From Cellvibrionales bacterium (GTDB taxonomy: Bacteria > Pseudomonadota > Gammaproteobacteria > Pseudomonadales > GM7GCV1), in contig JACONM010000010.1 in assembly GCA_014323765.1 (NCBI GenBank), forward strand, positions 188,125 through 252,124: 64,000 bases of DNA, written 5' to 3'. This document shows, in pieces, positions 55,768-64,000 of the stretch (position 1 is the first letter of the stretch; every line of letters starts with the position of its first letter). The notes beneath the pieces are model-generated. The model made no database searches, was not told the origin of the DNA, and saw only the letters and a program-made list of their open reading frames with translations. A program made the translations under genes and the position numbers.

Positions 55768-57102
55768 ATGCAAAAAAGCCCCGTGCGCCGCCGCTGGATT
55801 ATCACTGTCGCCGCCTGCATCCTGATTTTGGCTGCGCTGGTCGGCTTCAAAGTGTTGCAAATTCGCGGGGTGCTCGCCTTTGTCGCCGCGCTGCCGGAGC
55901 CGGCGGAAACCGTGCATGCGGTCACGGTCGAGGTTCGGGAGTTGCACCAGCAGATCGACACCCTCGGCACCGTGGTGGCCCCGCAGAGCGTCGAGCTGCG
56001 CAATCAGCTGGATGGGCGGGTGGTGGCGGTGCATTTTCGCGGCGGCGAGGCGGTGAGTGCGGGGCAGGTGCTGTTGGAACTGGACACCCGTGAGGAACGC
56101 GCCGGGCTAAAAGGGGCGCGGGCGCGGGCGGAATTGGCGCGGTTGGAATTGGAGCGGGCGCGCAAGCTGCGTGCCAGCCGCACCGTGAGCCAGGAACGGC
56201 TGGACCAGGCGCAAGCGCAACATCAGGTGGCACTGGCCGATATAGAAATGCTTGAGGCGCAGATCGACAAAAAAACCCTGCGGGCCCCGTTCGCCGCGCA
56301 CACCAGCTTGCACCAGTTTGAAGTGGGCGATTTTCTGCCGGCCAATAGCTTGATTACCGAACTGGTCGGCAGTGGCGAATTCGTCTGGGTGGACTTTTCC
56401 CTGCCCATCGAGCAGGCGCATATCGGCTTGGGCAACCGGGTGCAGGTGTACTTGCCCGGGGTGTCTGGCGCGGCGGTTGAAAGTCCGGCTGGCCCGGTGG
56501 GCGATGAGTTGAATGGTGCGGTAACCGATGAGTCGGCTGGCGCAACGGGTGAGGGGTCGATCAGTGCAATGGCCGCGGTACAGGATGGCGTGGCGGTTGC
56601 GGGGGCGGGTGCATTGCGGGTTGCGGAGCCGGATGATGCGGCGATCGAGGTGCGGGATGATGCGGCGGGCGAGTTGCCGAATAATGCGATGGTCGCGGGG
56701 CAAATTATCGCCAAAAATCCCGCTCTCTCGGCGCGCTCGCGTACCCTAGACTATCGCGCTCGGCTGCCCGCCCATGCGCAGCTGCCGCACAATAGCTTGG
56801 TCAATGTGCGGATCGAGGGTAGCCGGGCGCGGCGACTGCCGGTGATTCCGGTGACCGCCTATCGCATCGACCAGCTCGGGGCTTTTGTCTATGTGCTGGA
56901 ACGGGGCGCGGGCGAGGAGGGTCATCGGGCACAGCGGCGGGCGGTGGTGGCCGGGCAGCGCGGCGGGCAGACCATCGCCATTGAAAGCGGCTTGGTCGGC
57001 GGTGAGTTGATCGCCACTCGGGGGGCGTTCAAACTGCGCGAGGGCATTCTGGCGAATGTTGCGCCGGCGAGTTCCTCCGATGGCACCGGGGTGGCGCAGT
57101 AA
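55768..57102 (+). CDS. membrane-fusion (HlyD/RND periplasmic adaptor) family protein, orphan
   Basis: Refined start is the ATG at 55768 (MQKSPVRRRWIITVAACILILAALV, a TM anchor). It has a lipoyl-like domain plus a coiled-coil hairpin (LELDTREERAGLKGARARAELARLELERARKL). Confidence 0.7.
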   Translation: MQKSPVRRRWIITVAACILILAALVGFKVLQIRGVLAFVAALPEPAETVHAVTVEVRELHQQIDTLGTVVAPQSVELRNQLDGRVVAVHFRGGEAVSAGQVLLELDTREERAGLKGARARAELARLELERARKLRASRTVSQERLDQAQAQHQVALADIEMLEAQIDKKTLRAPFAAHTSLHQFEVGDFLPANSLITELVGSGEFVWVDFSLPIEQAHIGLGNRVQVYLPGVSGAAVESPAGPVGDELNGAVTDESAGATGEGSISAMAAVQDGVAVAGAGALRVAEPDDAAIEVRDDAAGELPNNAMVAGQIIAKNPALSARSRTLDYRARLPAHAQLPHNSLVNVRIEGSRARRLPVIPVTAYRIDQLGAFVYVLERGAGEEGHRAQRRAVVAGQRGGQTIAIESGLVGGELIATRGAFKLREGILANVAPASSSDGTGVAQ

Positions 57103-57142
57103 TCCAAAACTTCATGCAGCAAACTGACAGAGGGCTAATGCG

Positions 57143-58741
57143 ATGAATTTTCTCGACTATTTCATTGTGGCGATCTATCTGGCCGGCATGCTCGGCTTGG
57201 GGCTGATGATGCGCAAGCAGAGCTCGGAGACTTCCTATTTTCTGGGCGATAAAAGCCTGAATTGGTTTCCGCTTGCGCTGTCGACCATGGCGACTCAGCT
57301 GTCGGCGATCAGTTTTATCTCCGCGCCGGCGTTTGTCGGGTTGCGCGAGGGGGGCGGGCTGAAGTGGCTGACCTATGAGTTTGCCGTGCCGCTGGCGATG
57401 ATCTTTGTCATGTTTGTGATTGCGCCGGCTCTGTACCGCGCCAAAGTGGTCAGTATTTACGATTTTCTGGAACGCCGCTTCGGGCGTTCTAGCCGGCTGT
57501 TGATCAGTGCGTTGTTTCAGATTGTGCGCTCGTTTAGCACCGGCATTATGGTCTACGCCTGTGCGATTGTGTTGCAGGCGGTGTTGGGCATTCCATTCTG
57601 GCAATCCATCGTGGGGGTCGGAGTGGTTGCGCTGATCTATTCGACCACCGGCGGCATGAAAGCGGTGGTCTACAGCGATGCCATTCAGATGGTGCTGATA
57701 TTTGGCGGGATTATTTTGGTGGCGGGGTTTGCGCTGCATCAGGTGGGCGGCTTTGGGGCTTGGTTTAATGCGGTCGAGCCGGCGCGGCTGTTTGCGGTCG
57801 ATTTTTCTTCTTTTGGGTTTGGCGGCGATGAGTTTGGCTTTTTGCCGATGCTGTTTGGCGGGTTTGTGCTGTATGTGTCTTATTACGGGTGCGACCAGAC
57901 GCAAACGCAGCGCATTCTGTCGGCGCGGGATATGCCGGCGGCGCGGCGGCTGTTGCTGGCCAATGGGCTGTTGCGTTTTCCGCTGGTGTTGATCTATTGC
58001 TTTGCCGGGCTGGTGGTGGGCGTGGCGGTGATGCAGTCGCCGGACCTGCTGGCACAGATACCGGCGGACCGTCCGGATTTTATGATGCCGGTGTATATCG
58101 TCGAGCAGCTGCCGCATGGGTTGATCGGCTTGCTGCTGGTGGCGATTATGGCGGCGGCGATGTCGTCGTTTAGCTCGACCATGAACTCGCTGGCCGCCGT
58201 GACTTTGGAGGACATTCGCACTCTGGGATTGAAATTCGCCAGTCCCCGACTGGAAATTATCGGGGCGCGGGCCTTGTCGGTGGGGTGGGGGCTGCTGATT
58301 ATTGTGCTGTCCTTTTTTGCTGGTTCCATTGCGCCGACGGTGATCGAGGCGATCAACAAGGTCGGCTCGGCCCTGTACGGGCCGATTCTGGGCGTGTTCG
58401 GGCTGGCGATTCTGACCCGCAATCGGTCGGCGGTGGGGGTCAATGCTGGGCTGCTTGTTGGGTTGGCACTCAATTTGTATTTCTGGAAGTTTGTGCCGGA
58501 GCTCTTCTGGATGTGGTGGAACCTGATTGGCTTGCTGGTGACTCTCGTGGTGGCTGTTTTGGTGGGTTTTTTCTTTCCCGGGCGGGCGGCTATGGAGGAT
58601 GCGCCGGCGTTTGCTCAAGAGGATCGCTGGAATGGCACCGCGGCGAACCGTCGCAGCGTGGGCATTTTGGCGGGGTATTTTGGCTTAATTGTGGCGATCA
58701 GCGTTGCGCTGGGCACTCTGGCGATGGGCGGAGAATTTTAG
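57143..58741 (+). CDS. sodium:solute symporter (SSS/SLC5 family, PanF/monocarboxylate-type)
   Basis: 532 aa with about 13 TM helices. N-terminus: DYFIVAIYLAGMLGLGLMMRK...FLGDKSLNWFPLALSTMATQLSAISFISAPA. Confidence 0.85.
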   Translation: MNFLDYFIVAIYLAGMLGLGLMMRKQSSETSYFLGDKSLNWFPLALSTMATQLSAISFISAPAFVGLREGGGLKWLTYEFAVPLAMIFVMFVIAPALYRAKVVSIYDFLERRFGRSSRLLISALFQIVRSFSTGIMVYACAIVLQAVLGIPFWQSIVGVGVVALIYSTTGGMKAVVYSDAIQMVLIFGGIILVAGFALHQVGGFGAWFNAVEPARLFAVDFSSFGFGGDEFGFLPMLFGGFVLYVSYYGCDQTQTQRILSARDMPAARRLLLANGLLRFPLVLIYCFAGLVVGVAVMQSPDLLAQIPADRPDFMMPVYIVEQLPHGLIGLLLVAIMAAAMSSFSSTMNSLAAVTLEDIRTLGLKFASPRLEIIGARALSVGWGLLIIVLSFFAGSIAPTVIEAINKVGSALYGPILGVFGLAILTRNRSAVGVNAGLLVGLALNLYFWKFVPELFWMWWNLIGLLVTLVVAVLVGFFFPGRAAMEDAPAFAQEDRWNGTAANRRSVGILAGYFGLIVAISVALGTLAMGGEF

Positions 58742-58744
58742 GCG

Positions 58745-60016
58745 GTGGCCGCCGGTGCCGAGCGCGCCCTGCTGGAGAGTGCCTTTCACGCGGCAGTCGC
58801 CGCCTGTCAAGCGGCGCGTTGCCTGCCGGCGCGGTTGCCGACCACCCCGCCGGCGGGCAAAACTATAGTGCTGGGCGCGGGCAAGGCCGCCGCGGCCATG
58901 GCGGAGGTCGCCGCGCAAACTCTCACTGGGGAGCTGACCGGGTTGGTGGTAACGCGGCGCGGGGACGGCATCGGTCGGCGGGCCAGGCCGATTGAAATTA
59001 TGGAAGCGGCGCACCCGCTGCCGGACGACTCTTCGCAACAGGCGGCGGTGCGCATTCTGGAATTGGCGCATGCGGCTGGGGCGGCGGACCGGGTGATTTT
59101 TTTAATCTCCGGCGGCGGTTCGGCGTTGTTGTCTTGCCCGGCGGCGGGGGTAACGGGGGCGGAAAAGCGGGCCTTAAATCAGGCCCTGCTGCACAGTGGG
59201 GCGACCATCGCCCAGATCAATCTGGTGCGCGCTCATCTTTCTAAAGTGAAGGGCGGTCGATTGGCGGAGGCGGCCCTGCCGGCGGAGCTGTTGACCTTTA
59301 TTATTTCCGATGTGGTGGGCGATGACCCGGCTCTAGTCGCTTCTGGGCCGACTGTGCCCGCCGCCCTGGACCCTGAGCGGGCGCGGCAGATTCTGGATGA
59401 TTATGGGATCGCGGTGCCGGCGACCGTGGCCGCCGCGATTGCTGCCGCCAAACCGGTCGCTGCTGCTGCCGCCCATCCGGTCGACATTATTGCCGGCGCG
59501 GCGGATGCCCTCGCGGCGGTGGCGGCGTTTTTGACGGAGCGCGGGTGGCGGGTGTTGGACCTTGGCGCGGATTTGGAAGGGGAGGCCGCCGCGGTCGGGC
59601 GGGCGCACGGGCGGCAGGTGCTCGCCCGGCGTGCTAAGCAGGTGAACGGCGAGCGCATCGCCATGATTTCTGGCGGGGAACTGACGGTTACGGTTACTAA
59701 TCCGGACGGTCGCGGCGGCCCCAATTTGGAGTATCTGACCGGCCTGATGCTGAGCTTGGACGGCGCGGCGGGGGTGCATGCGTTGGCTTGCGACAGCGAT
59801 GGCATCGATGGCTCGGAGGACAACGCCGGCGGCTACCTTGCGCCCGATTCCCAGCAGCGTGCCATAACCGCCGGCTTGGATCCCGCGGCACTGCTGGCCG
59901 CCAATCGCAGCTACGATATTTTTCACGCCATCGGCGGGCTAATCAAAACCGGCCCGACCCAGACCAATGTCAACGATATTCGCATTATCCTGATCGACCC
60001 GGCAGGGCGCGACTAG
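58745..60016 (+). CDS. glycerate 2-kinase / hydroxypyruvate reductase-like (DUF4147 + MOFRL)
   Basis: 423 aa with VLGAGKAAAAMAE, ISGGGSALL and a C-terminal CDSDGIDGSEDNAGG...GPTQTNVNDI. The GTG start is 4 nt after the symporter stop. Confidence 0.75.
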   Translation: MAAGAERALLESAFHAAVAACQAARCLPARLPTTPPAGKTIVLGAGKAAAAMAEVAAQTLTGELTGLVVTRRGDGIGRRARPIEIMEAAHPLPDDSSQQAAVRILELAHAAGAADRVIFLISGGGSALLSCPAAGVTGAEKRALNQALLHSGATIAQINLVRAHLSKVKGGRLAEAALPAELLTFIISDVVGDDPALVASGPTVPAALDPERARQILDDYGIAVPATVAAAIAAAKPVAAAAAHPVDIIAGAADALAAVAAFLTERGWRVLDLGADLEGEAAAVGRAHGRQVLARRAKQVNGERIAMISGGELTVTVTNPDGRGGPNLEYLTGLMLSLDGAAGVHALACDSDGIDGSEDNAGGYLAPDSQQRAITAGLDPAALLAANRSYDIFHAIGGLIKTGPTQTNVNDIRIILIDPAGRD

Positions 60017-60048
60017 GTAAGGCGGAGCGCAGCTAGGCAAACAAACGG

Positions 60049-61353
60049 ATGACACCAATGAGCAAAGACAAGAACGCCCTAGATCAACGGGCCATTTCCA
60101 TTCTGCAGGGCAACGACCGCGGCGGTTACACGGTGCCGACGCACGGCCTGTATCCCTATCAGTGGAATTGGGATTCGGCTTTTGTGGCTTTAGGTTTTGC
60201 GGTGTTTGACCCCGACCGCGCCCTGCGCGAGCTGGAGACGCTGTTTGAAGGGCAGTGGCGCAATGGCATGTTGCCGCACATTATCTTCCGGGCGGATGAT
60301 CCGGATTATTTTCCGGGGCCCGGCGTGTGGCGCACCGGCACTCGTCCGCCTTCCTCCGGTATCAGCCAACCGCCGGTGGTGGCGAGCATTGTCTGGCGGC
60401 TTTGGGAACGCTGGGCGGAGGGGCCGCAACGGGCGCGACTCAAGGGGCTATTCCCGAAATTGCTGGCTTTGCACCGCTGGTTTCACAGTGCGCGTGACCC
60501 CGGCGGGCAGGGGGTGGTGGTGGCGACTCATCCTTGGGAGTCTGGGCGCGATAATTCGCCGGAATGGGATGCGCCCCTGGCGGCGGTCGACACTTCTGGA
60601 GTCGAACCGTATCGGCGGCGCGATTTGAAGCACGTCAATGCCGCCATGCGCCCGACTGCGGCGCAGTACGATGGTTATGTCGCGCTGGTCGAATACGGGC
60701 GCGAGCAGGGCTGGGATACGCTGAAAATCGCCCGGGAAGGGCCCTTTCGGATGGCGGATGTCGGGTTGTCGTTTATTTTGCTGCGGGCGGACCGCGATCT
60801 GTTGCGGCTCGCGCAGGTCCTGGGCGACGAGCGCGCTGCGGCGGAAATTCAGGCTTGGATCGAGCGCGGGCTGGCTGGGGTGGAGCAGCTTTGGGACCCG
60901 GCGGCGGACACTTTTTGCTCGTGGGATCTGATTACCGGTCGCGCCTCGGGACAGCTGACCAGCGCGTCTTTTTTGTACGCCTACGCCGATGCGGGGACGG
61001 ACGCGCAACGGCAACGCATGCAGGGGCACTGGCAACGCATCGCCGAGCAAGTGCGCTTTACCCTGCCGAGTTTTGACCCGGATGAATCCGCCTTTGACCC
61101 CGCCTGCTACTGGCGCGGGCCTTGCTGGGCGGTGGTCAATCATATGGTGGCCCGCGGGTTTGCCGAACAGGGGCAGGGGGAAGCGGCGGCGCGAATCAAG
61201 GCTGACACCCGCCGGCTGATCGCAACGCACGGTTTCGCGGAAGCCTTCGACCCGGTCGCGGGCACGGCCAGTGGCGGCGGCGAATTTTCGTGGACGGCCG
61301 CCATGTGGCTGGCTTGGGCGGGGGTCGATGCAACGGATGAGGAGCAGCAATGA
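60049..61353 (+). CDS. GH63-like glucosylglycerate/mannosylglycerate hydrolase (MGH/GgH family)
   Basis: 434 aa. LYPYQWNWDSAFVALG, QWRNGMLPHIIF, GISQPPV, HPWESGRDNSPEWD, YWRGPCW and FSWTAAMWL match, from memory, the characterised mycobacterial GgH and Thermus/Rubrobacter MgH. Confidence 0.7.
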   Translation: MTPMSKDKNALDQRAISILQGNDRGGYTVPTHGLYPYQWNWDSAFVALGFAVFDPDRALRELETLFEGQWRNGMLPHIIFRADDPDYFPGPGVWRTGTRPPSSGISQPPVVASIVWRLWERWAEGPQRARLKGLFPKLLALHRWFHSARDPGGQGVVVATHPWESGRDNSPEWDAPLAAVDTSGVEPYRRRDLKHVNAAMRPTAAQYDGYVALVEYGREQGWDTLKIAREGPFRMADVGLSFILLRADRDLLRLAQVLGDERAAAEIQAWIERGLAGVEQLWDPAADTFCSWDLITGRASGQLTSASFLYAYADAGTDAQRQRMQGHWQRIAEQVRFTLPSFDPDESAFDPACYWRGPCWAVVNHMVARGFAEQGQGEAAARIKADTRRLIATHGFAEAFDPVAGTASGGGEFSWTAAMWLAWAGVDATDEEQQ

Positions 61354-61718
61354 ACGCAACCATCAACTATCAGGTCGGCGACAGCGACGAGCGGCCCTGG
61401 GGCCGCTGGCAGGTGCTGGCCACCGGCACCGGCTTCGCCATCAAAAAAATTGCCGTGAACCCGGGCGAGCGGCTGTCGCTGCAAGATCACCAGCATCGCA
61501 GCGAACATTGGATTGTGCTGCGCGGGCAGGCGGAGGTGACTCTAGGAGACGAAACTTTGCGACTGGACGCCAATGGGACCGTTTTTATCCCGCCCCAAAC
61601 CCGCCACCGCATCCACAATGTTGGGCAGGAGGTGCTGGAATTTATCGAGGTGCAGACTGGCGAGACGCTGGATGAGGCCGACATCCGCCGCTACCAAGAC
61701 CGTTACGGGCGGGTCTGA
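61350..61718 (+). CDS. cupin-domain protein, type II phosphomannose isomerase-like
   Basis: 122 aa. RPWGRW...PGERLSLQDHQHRSEHWIVLRGQAEV...IPPQTRHRIHN is the PMI type II cupin signature. It overlaps the upstream gene as ATGA. Confidence 0.7.
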   Translation: MNATINYQVGDSDERPWGRWQVLATGTGFAIKKIAVNPGERLSLQDHQHRSEHWIVLRGQAEVTLGDETLRLDANGTVFIPPQTRHRIHNVGQEVLEFIEVQTGETLDEADIRRYQDRYGRV

Positions 61719-61747
61719 AACGGGCCCAAAACGGGTCCAAAACAGGT

Positions 61748-62653
61748 ATGGACAAGCTCTACGGCGCCATCGAGGGCGGCGGCACCAAGTTTGTTTGCGC
61801 GGTCGGCGGCGGTGGCGAGCAGATCCTCGCTAAAACCGTTATTCCGACCCGCGATCCCGAAGTTACTCTGGCATCGGTGGCGCAATTTTTTCAGCAGCAA
61901 ACGCAACGACATGGGCCGCTAGTTTCCGTGGGTTTGGGCAATTTCGGGCCGCTGGACATCGATCCAAAATCCCGCACCTACGGGCAGATCATGCAGACCC
62001 CAAAACCGGGCTGGGCCGGCTTTGATCTGGTCGCCGACCTGATGCGCCGGTTGGCCGTGCCGATCGCGCTCGACACCGATGTGAATTGCGCCCTGCTGGC
62101 CGAGGCCCAATACGGTGCGGGGCGCGGTTGCGGCGATTTGGTGTATTTGACCGTGGGCACCGGCATCGGCGGCGGGGTGTTGAGCGGTGGGTGGCGGGTA
62201 CGGGGCACGGGGCACCCGGAGATCGGCCATCTGTTTGTGCCAAAACACCCGGATGACGGGTTCGCCGGTGCCTGCCCTTTTCACGGCGACCAGTGCATCG
62301 AGGGGCTGGCCAGCGGCCCGGCTATCGAACAGCGTTGGGGGTGCCCGGCGCAGAATTTGCCCGCCGCGCATCCCGCCTGGGAACTGCAGGCGCACTATCT
62401 GGCTTTGCTTTGCCACAATCTTTTTATGACTGTGGCCCCGGTGCGCATCATTCTCGGCGGTGGGGTCATGGCGCAGGCGCAGCTCTTCCCCATGATTCGC
62501 ACCCGATGTGCCGCGCTGGCTAACGGCTATGGGGTGCCGCCCGGCGGGCGCGATTGGGAGGCGGCCATCCGCCCGGTCGCGTTGGGCGGGGAGGCGGGAA
62601 TCCGCGGTGCTTTTCTGATCGCCGCAGCGGACGGGGTAAATGATCGCGTTTGA
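61748..62653 (+). CDS. ROK-family hexokinase (fructokinase/mannokinase-like)
   Basis: 301 aa with GAIEGGGTKFVC (ATP-binding), LTVGTGIGGG, and the ROK zinc motif CPFHGDQCIEG. Confidence 0.8.
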   Translation: MDKLYGAIEGGGTKFVCAVGGGGEQILAKTVIPTRDPEVTLASVAQFFQQQTQRHGPLVSVGLGNFGPLDIDPKSRTYGQIMQTPKPGWAGFDLVADLMRRLAVPIALDTDVNCALLAEAQYGAGRGCGDLVYLTVGTGIGGGVLSGGWRVRGTGHPEIGHLFVPKHPDDGFAGACPFHGDQCIEGLASGPAIEQRWGCPAQNLPAAHPAWELQAHYLALLCHNLFMTVAPVRIILGGGVMAQAQLFPMIRTRCAALANGYGVPPGGRDWEAAIRPVALGGEAGIRGAFLIAAADGVNDRV

Positions 62654-62656
62654 CGC

Positions 62657-62685
62657 TTGACAGGGGATCCTGTGTGCGGTACAAA
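62657..62685 (+). promoter_or_regulatory. candidate sigma-70 promoter for TBDR-3 (TTGACA-N17-TACAAA)
   Basis: Exact -35 at 62657..62662 and TACAAA at 62680..62685, about 105 nt upstream of the ATG at 62792. Confidence 0.3.
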
Positions 62686-62791
62686 GCGCAGGCGCATGAT
62701 AGTTCACCTATCGCCCGGGCAACCGGATCGCCGCTGGGACAGGGGCATGCGCAGGGTTACACCAACAGATCACTCCACTGGGGACAGCAAA

Positions 62792-64000
62792 ATGTTCAAG
62801 CTCAATGCTTATTTCACTGCGACTGCGGTCGCTTTTCTCGTTTCCTTGCCCGGCTTTGCCGCGGCCCAAGGGGATGCCCTCGACAGCGGCATGTTGGAGG
62901 AATTGGTGGTCACCGGCACCTCCCGCGCCCGCTCGGCTTTTGATTCCCCGCTGACGGTGACCCAGTTTGGCGAGGAAGAATTGGAAGCCCTGTCTTCCAA
63001 CAGCCAAGCCGATATTCTGCGCTTTGTGCCCGGCTTGAAAGCTGAGGGGGGGGGGGGGAAGTTGCCGCCAATATCTTTGTGACGGGCTTGCCGTCCGGCG
63101 GACAATACGCCTTTACCCCGCTACAATACGATGGCATTCCGGTATTCAGCACTTTCGGTTTGAACTCGTCCGCTTTCGATGTCTATATGCGCAATGATTT
63201 GGGCATCGAGCGGTTGGAATATGTATCGGGCGGGGCCTCCAACCTATTTGGGGCCGGTTCCGTAGCCGGGCTCATTAACTACATCAGTAAAACCGGCAGC
63301 GCCGACCCAGAAACCACTCTGCAATTTGAAATGGCTGAAGAGGGCCGCATCCGGGCGGATTTTGCTACCAGTGGTCCAATGTCCGAAGGGTCGGACAATT
63401 ATTACGCGCTGTCTGGCTATTACCGCTACGACGAAGGACCAATCGACACCGGCCTGCCGACCGAAGGTTTTCAGCTGCGCGGCAACTTTAAGCGGGAATT
63501 TGCGGACGGTTCCGGCAGCTTTACCATTTACACCCAGCTAATTGACGACAAGGTGCAATTCTTTCTGCCTTTCCCATTAGGAGCCGATCAGAGCCGCACC
63601 ACCGGCAACGATGGAGCGGAAGTTATGACAGTGCAAACCGCCGAGGCCGACCGCCTGACCTACCGCACCCCAGACGGCATTTTCACCACTCCGATCCGCG
63701 ATGGCGTGGCCACCAAGGGCGGCATGATCGCTTTTGACCTGACCAAAGAATTGGCCGATGGCTGGCAGTTTAATAGTAAGGCGAAATATGCCTCTTATCG
63801 GCATCAATTTAATCTTTTTCTGGATGGTGATGGTATTACCAATCAACCATTATCTTTAGAGGACTATCTAGATTCTCGTGATTTTGGCACCGAACCAGAA
63901 ACAGATGAGGAGGGCACCGTAGTCAACGAAAATATTGATGCGCCCAATGCCACAGCTACCTTCACCGCCACCGGCCAAGAAGTGCCCGATGGTTATTTGC
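62792..64000 (+). pseudogene. TonB-dependent receptor (TBDR-3), reading frame broken at a G13 tract; 3' end beyond the window
   Basis: The ATG at 62792 gives a signal peptide (MFKLNAYFTATAVAFLVSLPGFAAAQG) and a TonB box/plug (EELVVTGTSRARSAFDSPLTVT), then stops at 63082 after the G-run. The frame entered at 63058 (EVAANIFVTGLPSGGQYAFTPLQYDGIPVF...GGASNLFGAGSVAGLINYISK...) stays open to 64000. Confidence 0.75.
63046..63058. repeat. 13-nt G homopolymer inside TBDR-3, out of frame
   Basis: Counted directly: 5 G in block 63041-50 plus 8 G in block 63051-60. Confidence 0.95.

Noticed and set aside
57029-58618. 529-aa ORF on the minus strand, one of the longest in the track
   Set aside because: It is entirely antisense to a well-supported SSS symporter gene. 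The translation is extremely R/H/Q/P/N-rich with no recognisable domain. It is a typical open antisense frame of high-GC coding DNA.

Overview
Gene-dense chromosomal segment with about 57 protein-coding genes and one tRNA-Met. I saw no rRNA, CRISPR array, transposase or integrase. The source is most likely a free-living or marine Gammaproteobacterium; this is an inference from the E. coli-like elongator tRNA-Met, the acnD/prpF-type methylcitrate operon, and three TonB-dependent receptors (TBDRs) embedded in catabolic operons. Left to right: a partial class V aminotransferase; prpB-prpC-acnD-prpF (minus strand); a LysR regulator and a photolyase; tRNA-Met; an amidase/CoA-transferase/HMG-CoA-lyase-like/MFS cluster; a hydrolase/FAD-oxidase/M24 operon followed by a TBDR and an aldehyde dehydrogenase; a periplasmic amine-oxidase/cytochrome c/CpcT-like/symporter operon; a monooxygenase/ALDH/LeuCD-like/maleate-isomerase cluster; a roughly 12 kb operon of unknown substrate driven by a sigma-54 promoter and a PrpR-like activator (racemase-like, 2x NTF2-like, TBDR, hydrolase, CoA-transferase, HMGL-like lyase, HyuA/HyuB, Qor); a putative mannosyl/glucosylglycerate catabolic locus; and a third TBDR running off the window. 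The signals most worth a second look are: (1) exact 13-nt G/C homopolymers inside two TBDR genes, one in frame and one breaking the frame, which makes them phase-variation candidates; (2) the sigma-54 operon, which has a perfect -24/-12 element overlapped by an 18-bp tandem duplication; (3) the symporter + glycerate kinase + GH63-like hydrolase + PMI cupin + ROK kinase locus; (4) a frameshifted alpha/beta hydrolase. Start codons marked as refined are my own choices from SD spacing or overlap context and remain uncertain. All family calls come from motif recognition by eye, not from database searches.
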